From Candidatus Saccharimonadota bacterium (GTDB taxonomy: Bacteria; Bacteroidota; Bacteroidia; Cytophagales; Amoebophilaceae): DNA of 32,000 nucleotides. This document shows, piece after piece, positions 7,810 through 20,567 of the stretch. The stretch spans positions 600,001 through 632,000 of the forward strand of contig NZ_OZ239769.1 of the NCBI RefSeq assembly GCF_965196625.1. The letters are read 5' to 3'. Below the pieces are notes generated by a model that worked only from the letters and a program-made list of their open reading frames with translations, was not told the DNA's origin and ran no database searches. Numbering within the stretch: position 1 is the stretch's first letter; each line of letters begins with the position of its first letter. A program made the translations under genes and the position numbers.

Positions 7810-8997
7810 ATGGCAAAAGAAACATTTAATCGATTAAAACCCCATGTAAATATTGGCACCATTGGGCACGTTGATCATGGAAAAACAACGTTGACCGCTG
7901 CTATTACTACGGTACTGGCTAAAGCAGGATTGGCGGAAAAAAAAGAATTTTCGTCTATTGATGCTGCTCCGGAAGAAAAGGAACGGGGGATTACCATTAA
8001 CACTGCGCACGTAGAATATCAAACTAAAAATAGGCATTATGCCCATGTGGATTGTCCAGGCCATAAGGATTATGTTAAAAATATGATTACAGGCGCTGCT
8101 CAGATGGATGGTGCAATTCTTTTGGTTGCTGCTACAGATGGTGCGATGCCTCAAACAAGGGAGCATATTCTTTTGGCCAGCCAAATTGGTGTGCCACGTA
8201 TTGTAGTTTTTTTAAATAAAGTCGATCTAGTAGATGATCCTGAGATGATCGAGTTGGTTGAGTTTGAAATTAGAGATCTTTTAAATGCCTATAAATTTGA
8301 TGGGGATAATACACCTATTATTCGTGGCTCTGCCTTGGGCGCTTTAAATGGTGAAGCACAGTGGGAAGCCAAAGTGGAGGAGTTGATGGATGCAGTAGAT
8401 AATTATATTCCTTTTCCTGTACGATTGGTAGATCAAGACTTTTTGATGCCTGTAGAGGGGGTGTGTACGATTACTGGTCGTGGAACCGTTGTAACCGGTA
8501 GAATTGAAAAAGGTGTGATTACTACAGGTAGCCTTGTTGAGATTATTGGTATGGGGGCTGACAAGTTGGCTTCTACGGTTACCGGTGTGGAAATGTTCCG
8601 AAAAAACCTAGATAGGGGTGAAGCTGGCGATAATGTAGGGCTTCTGCTTCGTGGCATTGACAAAGTATCTATTCAACGTGGTATGGTGGTTTGCAAGCCA
8701 GGCAGTGTTAAGCCACATAGTAAGTTTAAGGCTGAGGTTTATGTTTTAACCAAACAAGAAGGAGGGCGTCATACACCATTCTTTAACAAGTATAGGCCAC
8801 AGTGTTACTTTAGAACAACAGATGTTACAGGTGAAGTAAAGCTGCCTGAGGGTGTTGAAATGGTTATGCCAGGTGATAATATTAATTTGGAAATTATACT
8901 TATCCACAGTATTGCTATGGAGGTAGGGTTGCGTTTTGCGATTCGTGAGGGCGGTAGAACGGTTGGTGCTGGAAGGGTTACTGAAATCATTGAGTAG
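7810..8997 (+). CDS. tuf: translation elongation factor Tu
   Basis: 395 aa ORF with [10 protein letters not shown] (G1), DCPGH (G3), NKVD (G4), [10 protein letters not shown] and [13 protein letters not shown]. Full-length colinearity with bacterial EF-Tu. Confidence 0.97.
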   Translation: MAKETFNRLKPHVNIGTIGHVDHGKTTLTAAITTVLAKAGLAEKKEFSSIDAAPEEKERGITINTAHVEYQTKNRHYAHVDCPGHKDYVKNMITGAAQMDGAILLVAATDGAMPQTREHILLASQIGVPRIVVFLNKVDLVDDPEMIELVEFEIRDLLNAYKFDGDNTPIIRGSALGALNGEAQWEAKVEELMDAVDNYIPFPVRLVDQDFLMPVEGVCTITGRGTVVTGRIEKGVITTGSLVEIIGMGADKLASTVTGVEMFRKNLDRGEAGDNVGLLLRGIDKVSIQRGMVVCKPGSVKPHSKFKAEVYVLTKQEGGRHTPFFNKYRPQCYFRTTDVTGEVKLPEGVEMVMPGDNINLEIILIHSIAMEVGLRFAIREGGRTVGAGRVTEIIE

Positions 8998-9091
8998 TTC
9001 ATTTTAGTGCTTACTTATTGTTTATTTATCCTAGAAAGTCCCTTAAGGCAGTTTGGTTTTGTTTCTAATTTCTAGTCATGGTGTAAACAAT

Positions 9092-9164
9092 ACGGGTGTA
9101 GCTCAACTGGTAGAGTGGTGGTCTCCAAAACCATAGGCTGGGAGTTCGAGTCTCTCCACCCGTG
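9092..9164 (+). tRNA. tRNA-Trp (anticodon CCA)
   Basis: ACGGGUGUAGCUCAACUGGUAGAGUGGUGGUCUCCAAAACCAUAGGCUGGGAGUUCGAGUCUCUCCACCCGUG. Conserved position between tuf and secE. Confidence 0.9.
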
Positions 9165-9175
9165 CATCAAATAAT

Positions 9176-9367
9176 ATGTCAAAAGCAAAGATATTTATAC
9201 AGAATCTGATACAGGAAGTAAGGTGTAAAGTTACTTGGCCTCCTTATCATAAGTTGCAAAGTAGTTCTATACTTGTGCTTGTAGCCTCTTTTGTATTTGC
9301 GCTTCTTATTGGGCTCATGGATTGGTCTTTAAAAAGGGCTTTTGTCTGGTTTTATAATGCTTTTTAA
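9176..9367 (+). CDS. secE: preprotein translocase subunit SecE
   Basis: 63 aa ORF with the KVTWP motif followed by a single TM helix (ILVLVASFVFALLIGLMDW). Canonical tRNA-Trp, secE, nusG synteny. Confidence 0.85.
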   Translation: MSKAKIFIQNLIQEVRCKVTWPPYHKLQSSSILVLVASFVFALLIGLMDWSLKRAFVWFYNAF

Positions 9368-9383
9368 AAAATCGACGACTTGA

Positions 9384-9938
9384 ATGAATGCGTTACAGTG
9401 GTATGTGCTTAAGGTAGTCGCTAAGCAAGAAGAAAAAATAAAGGCTAATCTGCAAGTAGAGCTTGTACGAAGTAATTTACAGCATATTGTTAGTGAGCTG
9501 TTAATACCTTATGAAAAAGTATATGAAGTCCGTTCTGGGAAAAAATATGTAAAAAACAGACACTTATTTCCTGGTTATATATTTTTGCAGGCAGATTTGT
9601 CAAATGGCCTTCTTGTACAGTTGCTAAAAAGTATAACAGGCGCTTTGGGTTTTTTAGGTGTTAGGGGTTGGCGTGGCACACCTGTTCCATTGAGTCAAAC
9701 AGAAGTAGATCGGATTATAGGTAAAACCAATAACCTTGAACCTAGTCAGCTCAAGTTAAGTGCTATTTTCTCTTTAGGTGAAGTAGTTGAAATCATAGAT
9801 GGGCCTTTTGCAGGCTTTTCTGGAAAAGTACAAGAGATTTTTGAAGAAAAGAAAACGTTAAATGTAGTTGTTAAAATTTTTGATGAGCGGAGTACCCCTG
9901 TAGAGTTAAGTTATACGCAGCTTAAGAAGCTTTTTTAA
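9384..9938 (+). CDS. nusG: transcription termination/antitermination factor NusG
   Basis: 184 aa ORF with an NGN start WYVLKVVAKQEEKIK, FPGYIFLQ and the KOW motif GEVVEIIDGPFAGFSGKVQEI. Confidence 0.93.
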   Translation: MNALQWYVLKVVAKQEEKIKANLQVELVRSNLQHIVSELLIPYEKVYEVRSGKKYVKNRHLFPGYIFLQADLSNGLLVQLLKSITGALGFLGVRGWRGTPVPLSQTEVDRIIGKTNNLEPSQLKLSAIFSLGEVVEIIDGPFAGFSGKVQEIFEEKKTLNVVVKIFDERSTPVELSYTQLKKLF

Positions 9939-10025
9939 AAGACTTCTTGTGCAAGTGGGTTGTGCAAAACAGTCTAATCAAGAAGCGCATTGTGCGCTAA
10001 GGATTTTTATAAAATTCATATAATT

Positions 10026-10469
10026 ATGTCTAAGCCAATTTTAGGTTATGTAAAACTGCGGGTTAAAGGTGGTTCAGCTAATCCATCTCCGCCAGTAGGT
10101 CCAGCACTGGGTAGTAAGGGTATCAATATCATGGAGTTCTGTAAGCAGTTTAATGCTAGAACAAAAGATCAACAAGGAGAAATTGTACCTGTAATCATCA
10201 CCGTTTATCAAGATAAGTCTTTTGACTTTATCATTAAAACATCCCCTGCGGTTCTTTCTATTATGAAGCTTGCGGAGATTACAAAAGGCTCTCCTGAGTC
10301 CAATAGGCGTAAAGTAGCCAGTATTACTTGGGAGCAGATTAAGCAAATTGCAATGGATAAGCTCCCCGATTTAAATACTTTAAATGTAGATGCAGCCATG
10401 CGTATGATAGCTGGAACGGCAAGAAGTATGGGCGTTACGGTACAAGGTACTGCCCCTTGGGTTAACTAA
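10026..10469 (+). CDS. rplK: 50S ribosomal protein L11
   Basis: The ORF opens at 9990 but the conserved N-terminus starts at the ATG at 10026 ([29 protein letters not shown]). Also has [11 protein letters not shown]. Confidence 0.95.
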   Translation: MSKPILGYVKLRVKGGSANPSPPVGPALGSKGINIMEFCKQFNARTKDQQGEIVPVIITVYQDKSFDFIIKTSPAVLSIMKLAEITKGSPESNRRKVASITWEQIKQIAMDKLPDLNTLNVDAAMRMIAGTARSMGVTVQGTAPWVN

Positions 10470-10474
10470 AAGAT

Positions 10475-11173
10475 ATGAAAATGGCCATTCAAAAAAGTAA
10501 TAAACATAGCGCAACGGTTGCTTCCAAAGAGGTATATAACTTAAATGAAGCGGTGCAGCTGGTGCAAAAAAGTACTTTTACAAAGTTTGACGCCTCCATG
10601 GATATTGCGGTTCGTTTGGGGGTCGACCCTAAAAAATCTGATCAAATGGTAAGGGGAACCGTTTCCCTTCCGCATGGGACAGGCAAATCTTGCAGGATTT
10701 TAGTACTTTGTACGGCTGATAAAGAACAAGAAGCCAAACAAGCTGGTGCTGACTATGTAGGCTTAGATGATTATATAGAAAAAATAGCAGCTGGGTGGAC
10801 AGATGTAGATGTTATTGTCACTATGCCAACCGTTATGATTAAACTGGGTAAGCTAGGTAAAATATTAGGTCCTCGTGGCCTGATGCCTAATCCTAAGGTA
10901 GGTACGGTAACCATGGATGTAGCTAAGATGGTTAAAGAAGTCAAAAGCGGAAAGGTAAGCTTTAAGGTAGATAAGTATGGCATTGTACATAGTAGCATAG
11001 GCCGTGTATCTTTCCCCCAGGAAAAGATAGTAGAAAATGTGACAGAGCTGTTAAGAGCCATTGTTAAGTTAAAGCCTGCCTCTTCAAAAGGGCTTTATAT
11101 AAATAGTATTAGCCTTTCTAGCACGATGAGTAGAGGCGTTTTTGTAGATAGGAGCATTGCCGTTGGGCTTTAG
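10475..11173 (+). CDS. rplA: 50S ribosomal protein L1
   Basis: 232 aa ORF with [34 protein letters not shown] and [15 protein letters not shown]. Sits between rplK and rplJ. Confidence 0.95.
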   Translation: MKMAIQKSNKHSATVASKEVYNLNEAVQLVQKSTFTKFDASMDIAVRLGVDPKKSDQMVRGTVSLPHGTGKSCRILVLCTADKEQEAKQAGADYVGLDDYIEKIAAGWTDVDVIVTMPTVMIKLGKLGKILGPRGLMPNPKVGTVTMDVAKMVKEVKSGKVSFKVDKYGIVHSSIGRVSFPQEKIVENVTELLRAIVKLKPASSKGLYINSISLSSTMSRGVFVDRSIAVGL

Positions 11174-11177
11174 AAAA

Positions 11178-11717
11178 ATGAAACGAGAAGAAAAATTACA
11201 GGTTATAGAAGGTCTGGTAGAAAAATTTTCTACTTTCGACTGTTTTTATGTGGTAGACGCTATGGGGCTTACCGTAGAGCAGGTAAACAAATTTAGAAAA
11301 GGCTGTTCGGAACAAGATATAGTTTATCAAGTAGCTAAAAATACTCTGATACAGAAGGCCCTAGAGCGATCTGAAAAATGTGCAGCCTATGCCAGCTCTT
11401 TTTCAAGCATATTAAAGGGGTTTTCTGGTATTTTATTTAGCCGTGACAGTGGGCGTGCCCCCGGAAAAATGTTAAAAGCTTTTTTAGAAGCTGAAAAATT
11501 AAATCTTCCTGTATTGAAGGGCGCTTCTATTCATGGTGATTTATTTATTGGTGCAGCGCATTTGGATGCGTTGAGTAACCTAAAATCAAAAGAAGAGATT
11601 TTAGGCGATATTATGGTGCTTTTGAAAGCGCCTATTTTAAATGTTGTGGCTGCGGTTCAATCTGGAGAAAGACGTTTAATGGGTGTAGTAGAAACTTTGT
11701 CGAAAGCATCTGCTTAA
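11178..11717 (+). CDS. rplJ: 50S ribosomal protein L10
   Basis: The ORF opens at 11157 and overlaps the rplA end. The ATG at 11178 (MKREEKLQVIEGLVEKF) starts 4 nt after the rplA stop. L10-like length and position before rplL. Confidence 0.9.
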   Translation: MKREEKLQVIEGLVEKFSTFDCFYVVDAMGLTVEQVNKFRKGCSEQDIVYQVAKNTLIQKALERSEKCAAYASSFSSILKGFSGILFSRDSGRAPGKMLKAFLEAEKLNLPVLKGASIHGDLFIGAAHLDALSNLKSKEEILGDIMVLLKAPILNVVAAVQSGERRLMGVVETLSKASA

Positions 11718-11765
11718 CAAAAAAGTTTCTGTGTTTTTGTATCTATCTAAATTTTATAAATAATT

Positions 11766-12143
11766 ATGACCGAGTTAAAAGTTTTAGCCGAACAGCTTGT
11801 TAATTTAACGGTTAAGCAGGCAAATGAGCTATCTGATATTTTGAAGAATGAGTATGGTATTGAGCCTGCTGCTGCAGCTCCTATGGTGATGGCAGCTGGT
11901 CCTGCTGCTCTTGCTGAAGCGGTAGCAGAAAAAACAACATTTGATGTGGTTGTAAAATCAGGAGGTGCTTCTAAGCTGGCTGTGGTAAAATTGGTAAAAG
12001 AAATAACCGGATTGAACTTAAAAGAAGCTAAGGAATTTGTCGATGGTGTGCCAGGCACGATGAAAGAGAACCTGCCTAAAGAAGAAGCAGAGACGATCAA
12101 AAGAAAATTAGAAGAAGCTGGTGCAGAGGTTGAGCTGAAGTAG
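11766..12143 (+). CDS. rplL: 50S ribosomal protein L7/L12
   Basis: 125 aa ORF with an Ala-rich hinge ([16 protein letters not shown]) and the C-terminal domain [25 protein letters not shown]...[11 protein letters not shown]. Confidence 0.95.
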   Translation: MTELKVLAEQLVNLTVKQANELSDILKNEYGIEPAAAAPMVMAAGPAALAEAVAEKTTFDVVVKSGGASKLAVVKLVKEITGLNLKEAKEFVDGVPGTMKENLPKEEAETIKRKLEEAGAEVELK

Positions 12144-12325
12144 TCAGCTATCCTACTATAATATATTGTTGGGGGTGTTAAAGGTTACTAATTTAGGTTC
12201 GGTCATGCATCTTGTATGTTTTGCTTCCTTCAATGCTTGGCCTACTTAATGTTCATGTAGCCGGGGGGGAGTGTATTCTTTTTTTGCTTCCTATAAACTA
12301 TAAACTATAAACTTGTAGCACCTTC

Positions 12326-15300
12326 GTGGAGAAAAAACAATCTAGTAAACAAAATTGCCATATGTCTTCTGCTGATGCCCCTGCAAATTATACTGATTTG
12401 CTTGAAATCCAGTTAAAGTCTTTTAGGGACTTTTTTCAACTGGGTGTTAGTCCAGAAAATAGAATAAGTGAAGGGCTCTATAAAGTTTTTATGGAGCATT
12501 TTCCTATTGAGGATTCTAAGCGGAACTATATTCTGGAGTTTATTGATTATAATTTAGAGCTTCCCCAATATACGCCTCGGGAGTGTATTGAACGCGGGTT
12601 GACCTACGATGTGCCTTTGAAAGCAAAGTTGCGTTTGTTGCAAAATGATGAACATACGGGCAAATATGAAGGCATTGAGCAAGAGGTCTTTTTGGGTAAT
12701 GTGCCCTATATGACTGATCAAGGTTCTTTTATTTTGAGTGGTGTGGAGCGTGTGGTTGTTTCTCAAGTGCACAAGTCTTCTGGTATTTTCTTTTTTCAAA
12801 ACAAGCACATTAGTGGGTCAAATGTTTACTCTGCTAAAGTAGTGCCTGCCAAAGGTGTTTGGATTGAATTTTCCGTTGATATCAATTCGGTGATGTACAT
12901 CTACCTAGATAGGAAAAAGAAAATTCCCATTACTACTATGTTGCGTGCCATTGGGTACAGTAGTGATAAAGACATCTTAGATATATTTGGTCTTGCAGAT
13001 GAAGTAGAGGCCAGTAAAGACGTGCTGGAAAAACATATAGGCCGTAAGTTAGCTGCTCGGGTTTTAAAAAGCTCTGAAGAAAGTTATGTAGATGAAGAAA
13101 CTGGTGAGGAATATATACGCACCAGTCATGACGTCCTTGTGGAACGCAATACTGTATTGGATGAAGGGGTTATAGAGACCATTTTATCTTTTGATGTACC
13201 TTCTATTATTTTGCATAAATCAGAAGCCGTTTATGCCGATTACCATCTTGTTTATAATTCTTTTGGGAAAGATAGTACCAATGATACCAAGGAGGCCATA
13301 GGGCAAATTTACCGTCAGTTGCGCAATGCGGAGCCCCCTGATGAGCAGACTGCTCGTGAGACGGTAGAAAGCCTTTTTTTTAGTAGTAAGCGGTATACCC
13401 TAGGTGAAGTAGGCCGTTATAGGATCAATAAAAAATTAAACCTAGACGTTCCCATAAAGACTTGTGTCTTGACACAAGAAGATATCATAGAAATTATTCA
13501 TTACCTCATTAAAGTGGTCAATGGTAAAGCAGAAGTAGATGATATTGACCATCTAAGCAATCGTCGGGTTCGTTCTGTTGGGGAGCAACTTTTTGCCCAA
13601 TTTGGTGTGGGCCTTTCGCGTTTGGCTAGAACCATTCGTGAACGCATTAATATTAGAGACAATGAGCTATTTAAGCCTGCAGATCTGATTAATGCACGTA
13701 CACTTTCTTCTGTGATTAATTCTTTCTTTGGCATAAATCCCCTTTCTCAGCTAATTGATCAAGTCAATCCATTGGCAGAGATTACCCATAAGCGCCGTGT
13801 ATCTGCACTAGGGCCTGGTGGACTTTCTAGAGATCGTGCTGGTTTTGAGGTTCGTGACGTGCATTATTCCCATTATGGAAGGTTGTGTACCATTGAAACC
13901 CCAGAGGGTATGAATATTGGTCTGATTTCCTCACTCTGCATGTATGCACGTGTAAATAACATGGGTTTTATTGAAACACCTTATAGGCGGGTAGAAAATG
14001 GTAAAGTTGACCTTACTGGTCCCATTTGTTATCTTAATGCTGCAGAAGAAGAGCAAGCTAATTTTGCCCCAGCCAGTATCCGGTTAGACGCAAATGGTGC
14101 TATTCTAGATAGCCGCGTTAAAGTCCGAAATGCGGATGAATATCCACTTGTAAAGCCAGAGCAGGTGAATTATATGGATATTTCCAGCAGTCAGATTGCT
14201 TCCGTTGCGGCTTCTTTAATTCCATTTTTGGAGCACAATGATGCGAGTCGTGCATTGATGGGTTCTAACATGCAACGTCAGGCCGTTCCTTTGGTTCGAC
14301 CAGATGTACCCATTGTTTGTACCGGAGTAGAAAAAAGAGTCGCTAAAGAGTTTAGGGGTTTACCTACTGCCGAAGGCAATGGTTTGGTTACCTATGTAGA
14401 CAGCAAAACCATTGTGGTGCAGTATGATCGTTCACCAGAAGAAACCCTTGTTGCATTTGATGAAGCTTCTGTCACCTATTCCATAGATAAGTTTCGGGGT
14501 ACCAACCGAAGCACTTGCATTAACCTGTCGCCAATTGTTTCTAAAGGAAGTCGTGTAGAAAAAGGTCAAGTGCTTTGCGAAGGCTATGCTACTAAAAATG
14601 CGGAACTAGCACTGGGTAAAAATTTAAAAGTAGCCTTCTTATCTTGGAAGGGATATACCTTTGAAGATGGTATTGTAATTTCTGAACGTATTGTTCGGGA
14701 TGATGTCTTTACCTCTATTCATATCAAAGAATTTATCCTGGAGGTAAAAGATACCAAATTTGGCGCAGAAGAGTTGACCAATGAAATTCCAAATGTTAGT
14801 GAAGAAGCAATAGCTAAGTTAGACCTCCATGGCATTGTTAAAGTAGGTACAGAAGTTAAAGAAGGTGATATCTTAATTGGTAAAATTACCCCAAAGGGTG
14901 AAATAGATGTTACCCCAGAAGCTAGGCTTTTAAAGGCTATTTTTGGTGATAAAGCAGGTGATGTAAAAAATACCTCTTTAAGGGTTCCTTCTGGGATGGA
15001 GGGTATTGTGATCGATACTAAAATCTTCTCTAGCCCTGAAAGAAATAAAGAAAGTAAAGAAAGAGTTAAGAAAGAACTAGACTTCTTAAAGAAGGTGCAT
15101 GCAAAGCATTTGCTAAAATTGCGTGATATAGCCATTAAAAAGCTCTCAGTGGTTTTAGATGGGGTGGTTACGAATGGTATTTATCACCAATTTGGTGATG
15201 AAATTATTCCAGAAGGTACAGAACTTACTGCTTCGTTGATTACTGAAAAACTCTTCCCCTCTAAAAATATTTACCGGGATGAGTCGCTTTATAATGTTCC

Positions 15301-16201
15301 AGCAGAAGCCAATCTAATTGGCGATCTTTTGCCTAGCAATTGGACGGCTGATGCATCTAAAAATGATTTGGTACAGCGTATTGTACGCAATTATGTTAAA
15401 AAATGTACAGAATCTATTGTACGCTTTAAACGTGAAAGATTTACACTAGAAGCAGGCGATGGCTTACCAAAAGGGGTTGTAAAAGTAGCTAAGGTCTATA
15501 TTGCAGAAAAAAGAAAGCTAAAGGTTGGTGATAAAATGTCTGGGAGGCATGGTAATAAAGGTATTGTTTGTAAGATTGTACCTCAAGAAGATATGCCATT
15601 CTTAGCAGATGGTACACCAGTAGATGTCGTATTGAGTCCACTTGGATTGCCTTCTCGTATGAACTTAGGTCAGTTATATGAAACCGTCTTGGGGTGGGCT
15701 GGCTATGAATTAGGAAAAAGATATACCAATCCTATTTTTGAGGGTATGCCCTTAGATCAGATTTCCAGTGAGTTGGAGCAAGCTGGTTTGCCTTCTTTTG
15801 GTAAAACAACTGTTTATGATGGGGGTACAGGTATTCCATTTAGTCAAAAAGTTACGGTTGGTGTAGTATATCTACTCAAGCTTGCCCATTTGGTAGATGA
15901 TAAAATGCATGCCCGTTCTACAGGTCCTTATTCTTTGATTACCCAGCAACCATTGGGCGGTAAGGCCCAATTTGGAGGACAAAGATTTGGTGAAATGGAA
16001 GTTTGGGCATTAGAAGCATATGGCGCTGCCTATACGCTACAAGAAATGCTCAATACCAAATCAGATGATGTAGTCGGTAGATCTAAAGCTTATGAAGCAA
16101 TTGTGAAAGGTAATAATATTCCAAAGCCTAATCTGTCCGAATCATTTAATGTATTGATTCATGAACTAAGAGGCCTAGGTCTTGAAATTACACTTGTATG
16201 A
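12326..16201 (+). CDS. rpoB: DNA-directed RNA polymerase subunit beta
   Basis: 1291 aa from the GTG at 12326. The ATG at 12362 ([21 protein letters not shown]) is an equally plausible start. Motifs [33 protein letters not shown] and [21 protein letters not shown]. Confidence 0.97.
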   Translation: MEKKQSSKQNCHMSSADAPANYTDLLEIQLKSFRDFFQLGVSPENRISEGLYKVFMEHFPIEDSKRNYILEFIDYNLELPQYTPRECIERGLTYDVPLKAKLRLLQNDEHTGKYEGIEQEVFLGNVPYMTDQGSFILSGVERVVVSQVHKSSGIFFFQNKHISGSNVYSAKVVPAKGVWIEFSVDINSVMYIYLDRKKKIPITTMLRAIGYSSDKDILDIFGLADEVEASKDVLEKHIGRKLAARVLKSSEESYVDEETGEEYIRTSHDVLVERNTVLDEGVIETILSFDVPSIILHKSEAVYADYHLVYNSFGKDSTNDTKEAIGQIYRQLRNAEPPDEQTARETVESLFFSSKRYTLGEVGRYRINKKLNLDVPIKTCVLTQEDIIEIIHYLIKVVNGKAEVDDIDHLSNRRVRSVGEQLFAQFGVGLSRLARTIRERINIRDNELFKPADLINARTLSSVINSFFGINPLSQLIDQVNPLAEITHKRRVSALGPGGLSRDRAGFEVRDVHYSHYGRLCTIETPEGMNIGLISSLCMYARVNNMGFIETPYRRVENGKVDLTGPICYLNAAEEEQANFAPASIRLDANGAILDSRVKVRNADEYPLVKPEQVNYMDISSSQIASVAASLIPFLEHNDASRALMGSNMQRQAVPLVRPDVPIVCTGVEKRVAKEFRGLPTAEGNGLVTYVDSKTIVVQYDRSPEETLVAFDEASVTYSIDKFRGTNRSTCINLSPIVSKGSRVEKGQVLCEGYATKNAELALGKNLKVAFLSWKGYTFEDGIVISERIVRDDVFTSIHIKEFILEVKDTKFGAEELTNEIPNVSEEAIAKLDLHGIVKVGTEVKEGDILIGKITPKGEIDVTPEARLLKAIFGDKAGDVKNTSLRVPSGMEGIVIDTKIFSSPERNKESKERVKKELDFLKKVHAKHLLKLRDIAIKKLSVVLDGVVTNGIYHQFGDEIIPEGTELTASLITEKLFPSKNIYRDESLYNVPAEANLIGDLLPSNWTADASKNDLVQRIVRNYVKKCTESIVRFKRERFTLEAGDGLPKGVVKVAKVYIAEKRKLKVGDKMSGRHGNKGIVCKIVPQEDMPFLADGTPVDVVLSPLGLPSRMNLGQLYETVLGWAGYELGKRYTNPIFEGMPLDQISSELEQAGLPSFGKTTVYDGGTGIPFSQKVTVGVVYLLKLAHLVDDKMHARSTGPYSLITQQPLGGKAQFGGQRFGEMEVWALEAYGAAYTLQEMLNTKSDDVVGRSKAYEAIVKGNNIPKPNLSESFNVLIHELRGLGLEITLV

Positions 16202-16238
16202 TAATAGCACATTCCATCGCTTAAGCCAGTTTAACCAT

Positions 16239-19200
16239 ATGAAGTTTAAAAGAAATAGGGCACAATCCACTCAATTTTCTGGTATTATTGCCAGTCTTTC
16301 CTCTCCAGAGGTGATTTTATCTCGTTCGTCAGGAGAGGTGACGCTACCAGAAACCATTAATTATAGAACCCACAAACCTGAAACCAAAGGGTTATTTTGT
16401 GAGCGTATATTTGGCCCTGTAAAAGATTGGGAGTGCCATTGTGGTAAGTACAAAGGCATTCGCTATAGGGGGATTGTATGTGATAGATGTGGTGTTGAGA
16501 TTACAGAAAAAAAGCAGCGTAGGCAACGGGTTGGCCATATCGAATTGGTGGTTCCGGTAACCCATATTTGGTACTTTAGAGTCCTTCCTAGTAAAATTAG
16601 TTACTTGCTCGGTTTACCTACTAAAAAAATCGAACAGATTGTATACTATGAGCGCTATGTAGTGCTTCAACCTGGTATTAAAAAAGAAGATGGTATAGCG
16701 GTGATGGATCTTTTATCCGAAGATGAATACCTCGATATACTAGATCAGCTGCCGCCAGATAATGCCTTACTCAGTAATTCAGATCCCAATAAATTTATCG
16801 CTTTAATTGGTTCAGAAGCGATTGAAGCAATTTTAAAAGGGCTTGACTTAGAAAAGCTTTCAGTTGATTTGCGAGAGCAACTGCTTACTGACGCCTCTCA
16901 ACAACGTCGTTTGGAAATCGTCAAAAGGCTAAAAATTGTAGAAGGATTTAGGGATGTCTATAAAAAAGTAGAGAACCGTCCGGAGTGGATGGTGATGCGT
17001 ATATTGCCTGTGATTCCTCCTGAATTGCGTCCGCTCTTTTCTTTAGGGGGTGGTAAATTTGCTACTTCTGATTTAAATGATCTGTATAGAAGGGTTATTA
17101 TTAGGAATAATAGGCTGAAAAGATTACTAGATATTAAAGCGCCTCAGATCATTGTACGCAATGAAATGCGTATGTTGCAGGAAGCGGTAGATTCTTTATT
17201 TGACAATTCCCGTAAGGTAAATTTTGTTGCTTCAGAAGGCATTCGGCCCTTAAAATCCCTTTCAGATATGTTGAAAGGTAAGCAAGGCCGATTTAGACAG
17301 AATTTGCTTGGTAAGCGCGTAGATTATTCCGGCAGATCTGTTATCGTAGTAGGCCCTGAATTGCGTTTGCATGAATGCGGGTTGCCTAAAGAGATGGCGG
17401 TGGAGCTATTTATGCCTTTTATCATACGCAGGCTTATAGAGCGTGGTGTAGCAGAAACCGTAAAAGTTGCCAAAAGATTAATAGAAGAAAAGGATCCTGT
17501 TATTTGGGATGTATTAGAGAATGTATTAAAAGGCCATCCTGTATTGCTGAACCGTGCACCAACCCTGCACCGATTGGGTATACAAGCTTTTCAGCCTAAA
17601 TTGATTGAAGGCAAAGCCATTCAATTGCATCCTTTGGTTTGTACCGCTTTCAATGCCGATTTTGACGGAGACCAAATGGCCGTTCATGTGCCCCTTGGAC
17701 AGGAAGCCATTGCTGAGGCTTCGTTGCTGATGTTGGCATCCTATAATGTATTGAATCCTTCCAATGGCATTCCGATTACCATTCCATCCCGTGATATGAT
17801 TTTGGGATTGCATTACCTAACCAAAGGAAGGCGCAGTACGCTAGGCCATGCTGTAGCAGGAGAAGGCATGGCTTTTTATGCGCCTGAAGAAGTATTGATT
17901 GCATTGGCACATGAAAAGGTTTCTAAGCATGCGTATATCAAACTGCGTTTGCCTAGTGTTGATGCAGATGGGGCCGTCCAATATACTTTAATAGAGACCA
18001 CCGTTGGGAGGGTAGTATTCAACCAATGTTGCCCAGCTGGTATGGCATTTGTCAATGAAACGCTTAATGTAAGAAACATGCAGCGCATTGTAACCGATAT
18101 GTATAGCCAGTTTGGTACAGTGGTTACCGTAGCCTTTTTAGATAATATTAAAGCGTTAGGCTTTAACACCGCATTCAATGCAGGCATGACGATTGGGCTG
18201 GATGATGTGAAGATACCAGCCAATAAGCATGAGCTCATTGCACAAGCTACTACAGAAGTTGAGTCCATTTGGGGTAATTACATGTTGGGTTTAATAACGG
18301 ATAATGAAAGATATAATCAAGTTATTGATGTTTGGACCAGAACCAATACCCGTATTACCAATCAACTTATGGAACAGTTGGAGCAAGACCAAGATGCCTT
18401 TAACTCCGTTTACATGATGATGATTTCTGGTGCAAGGGGTTCCCGTGAGCAGGTGCGTCAGCTAGGTGGTATGAAAGGGTTGATTGGTAGGCCTCAAAAA
18501 AGCACACAAGGTGCAGTAGGAGAAATTATTGAGCATCCTATTATTTCTAACTTCCAGGAGGGATTAAATGTGATTGAGTATTTTATTGCCACACACGGTG
18601 CGAGAAAAGGATTGGCTGATACCGCCTTAAAAACAGCGGATGCAGGTTATCTAACTAGGAGGTTGGTAGACGTCGCACAAGATTTAACCGTTGTGGAAGA
18701 AGATTGTGGTACCCTGAAAGGCATTCGTGTAACCGCTGTAAAAGTTGAAAATAGGGTGGTTGAATCCATTTCAGAACGCATTCTCGGGCGTGTGGTTGTA
18801 GAGGATATTTTGGATCCGCAAACAGGCACCTTATTGATTGCGCGTGGAAATGGCATTGATGAGCAGATTGCCGCTCGCATAGAGCAGGCTGGCTTAGAAG
18901 AAGTATTCGTACGTTCTGTTTTGACATGTGATTTGTCTCAAGGTGTTTGTGTAAAATGTTATGGTCGCAACCTAGCCACAGGTAATATGGTATCTGTGGG
19001 CGAGGCAGTTGGTGTGATTGCCGCCCAGTCTATTGGCCAGCCTGGTACACAGCTTACCATGAGAACCTTCCATGTGGGGGGTATTGCCTCTAACGTTACA
19101 GTGGATGCCAAAGTCAAAGCAAAGTATGCAGGTATTATAAACTTTGAAGACTTGATGGTTACAAGCTATATAGATTCAAACAATCAGGCTGTAGAAGTCG

Positions 19201-20534
19201 TTATGAGCCGATCTGCTGAGTTGCAAATTTTGGATGTAGATACAAGAAAAGTATTAACCAGTACCCATTTGCCATATGGTTCCCATCTTAAAATAAAAAA
19301 CAATCAAACGGTAAGTTACGATCAAGAACTTTACCATTGGGATCCTTATAACGTTGTCTTACTGGCCACCCAAGATGGGATCGTTAATTTCTTAGGGCTT
19401 GAAGAAGGCGTTATCTATCAAGAAGAGTTTGATGAACAAACAGGCCGTAAAGCCAAGGTGATGATTGAGTCTAGAGATAAGACGAAACATCCAAGTGTGG
19501 TTTTATGCGATGATGCAGGGGTAACCATTGCCTCCTATACCCTTCCTGTTAAAGCACAATTGGCCGTAGAAGTAGGTGATAAAGTGCATAAAGGAGAAGT
19601 ATTGGCTAGAGTGCCGCGTATCATTAATCAATCTCGAGATATTACGGGTGGTTTGCCTCGTGTAGTGGAGCTTTTTGAGGCCAGAAAACCTGCCAATACT
19701 GCTTTTATCAGTGAGTTGAGTGGCGTGGTCACTTATGGGGGCATTAAAAGAGGCAATAGAGAAATCTTTATTGAATCTAAAGAGGGCATACAGGTCAAAT
19801 ATATGATCCCATTGTCTAAGCACATCTTGGTCCAAGACAACGATTATGTTAAAGTAGGAGAGGTGATCACAGATGGTGCAGTAGCTGCTGCTGACCTTTT
19901 GGTTACAAAGGGACCATTGGTTGCTCAAGAGTACATCATGAATGAGCTACAAAGCGTTTACCGTTTACAAGGTGAGAAAATCAATAATAAACATATTGAA
20001 ATCATCATTAAGCAGATGATGCGCAAGGTAGAGGTAACCGATCCAGGGGATACGACCATGTTGCATGGGCAAATTGTAGATAAGGTTAAATTCTTTGAAG
20101 AGAATGATCGGATTCGTGATAAGTCTATTGTGCGCGCACCTGGAGATTCCAAATTATTTAAACAGGGGCAATTTGTTTCTTCTAGTAGATTATTACAAGA
20201 GAATGACAAACTTAAGCAGCAAGGATTGCTGCCTGTAGAAGCCAGGCCAGTAGAGTTGGCCGTTGCGCAACCAAAACTGCAAGGTATTACACAGATCTCC
20301 TTGGCTACCGAGAGCTTCTTATCGGCGGCTTCTTTCCAAGAAACGGCTAAGGTATTAAGTGATGCAGGTATTAGCGCCAAGTATGATAAGTTAAAAGGAT
20401 TGAAAGAGAATATTATTGTAGGCCATTTGATTCCTGCTGGAACGGGTATGCGGCGTTATGAAAATTTGCTTGTAAACGCTAAAAGCGACTATGAGGCTTT
20501 GGTTGCTGCTAAAGCTGGTGCAACAGCAGGGTAG
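16239..20534 (+). CDS. rpoC: DNA-directed RNA polymerase subunit beta prime
   Basis: The track ORF opens at a TTG at 16182 overlapping rpoB. The ATG at 16239 ([10 protein letters not shown]...) fits better. Zn-binding [20 protein letters not shown], catalytic [14 protein letters not shown] and a conserved C-terminal GHLIPAGTG. Confidence 0.97.
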   Translation: MKFKRNRAQSTQFSGIIASLSSPEVILSRSSGEVTLPETINYRTHKPETKGLFCERIFGPVKDWECHCGKYKGIRYRGIVCDRCGVEITEKKQRRQRVGHIELVVPVTHIWYFRVLPSKISYLLGLPTKKIEQIVYYERYVVLQPGIKKEDGIAVMDLLSEDEYLDILDQLPPDNALLSNSDPNKFIALIGSEAIEAILKGLDLEKLSVDLREQLLTDASQQRRLEIVKRLKIVEGFRDVYKKVENRPEWMVMRILPVIPPELRPLFSLGGGKFATSDLNDLYRRVIIRNNRLKRLLDIKAPQIIVRNEMRMLQEAVDSLFDNSRKVNFVASEGIRPLKSLSDMLKGKQGRFRQNLLGKRVDYSGRSVIVVGPELRLHECGLPKEMAVELFMPFIIRRLIERGVAETVKVAKRLIEEKDPVIWDVLENVLKGHPVLLNRAPTLHRLGIQAFQPKLIEGKAIQLHPLVCTAFNADFDGDQMAVHVPLGQEAIAEASLLMLASYNVLNPSNGIPITIPSRDMILGLHYLTKGRRSTLGHAVAGEGMAFYAPEEVLIALAHEKVSKHAYIKLRLPSVDADGAVQYTLIETTVGRVVFNQCCPAGMAFVNETLNVRNMQRIVTDMYSQFGTVVTVAFLDNIKALGFNTAFNAGMTIGLDDVKIPANKHELIAQATTEVESIWGNYMLGLITDNERYNQVIDVWTRTNTRITNQLMEQLEQDQDAFNSVYMMMISGARGSREQVRQLGGMKGLIGRPQKSTQGAVGEIIEHPIISNFQEGLNVIEYFIATHGARKGLADTALKTADAGYLTRRLVDVAQDLTVVEEDCGTLKGIRVTAVKVENRVVESISERILGRVVVEDILDPQTGTLLIARGNGIDEQIAARIEQAGLEEVFVRSVLTCDLSQGVCVKCYGRNLATGNMVSVGEAVGVIAAQSIGQPGTQLTMRTFHVGGIASNVTVDAKVKAKYAGIINFEDLMVTSYIDSNNQAVEVVMSRSAELQILDVDTRKVLTSTHLPYGSHLKIKNNQTVSYDQELYHWDPYNVVLLATQDGIVNFLGLEEGVIYQEEFDEQTGRKAKVMIESRDKTKHPSVVLCDDAGVTIASYTLPVKAQLAVEVGDKVHKGEVLARVPRIINQSRDITGGLPRVVELFEARKPANTAFISELSGVVTYGGIKRGNREIFIESKEGIQVKYMIPLSKHILVQDNDYVKVGEVITDGAVAAADLLVTKGPLVAQEYIMNELQSVYRLQGEKINNKHIEIIIKQMMRKVEVTDPGDTTMLHGQIVDKVKFFEENDRIRDKSIVRAPGDSKLFKQGQFVSSSRLLQENDKLKQQGLLPVEARPVELAVAQPKLQGITQISLATESFLSAASFQETAKVLSDAGISAKYDKLKGLKENIIVGHLIPAGTGMRRYENLLVNAKSDYEALVAAKAGATAG

Positions 20535-20567
20535 GGATGCCGAGATATGAATAAAACGAATGCTTGT

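Noticed and set aside
12293-12313. (CTATAAA)x3 heptamer repeat and a G7 run (about 12262-12270) upstream of rpoB as regulatory elements
   Set aside because: These are short low-complexity features in an AT-rich spacer. There is no associated hairpin or known motif, so there is not enough to call a regulatory site.
16182-16238. rpoC start at the TTG at 16182, overlapping the rpoB stop
   Set aside because: It is a non-ATG start and the extra 19 residues have no RpoC-like sequence. The ATG at 16239 gives a conventional N-terminus 37 nt after rpoB.
7834-20380. Numerous 60-140 aa ORFs antisense to or out of frame with tuf, rplK, rplA, rplL, rpoB and rpoC (e.g. 7834-8184, 11747-12100, 14719-15135, 17876-18268, 19503-19928, 19958-20380)
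   Set aside because: All lie entirely inside strongly supported conserved genes and show no motifs. They are typical shadow ORFs.
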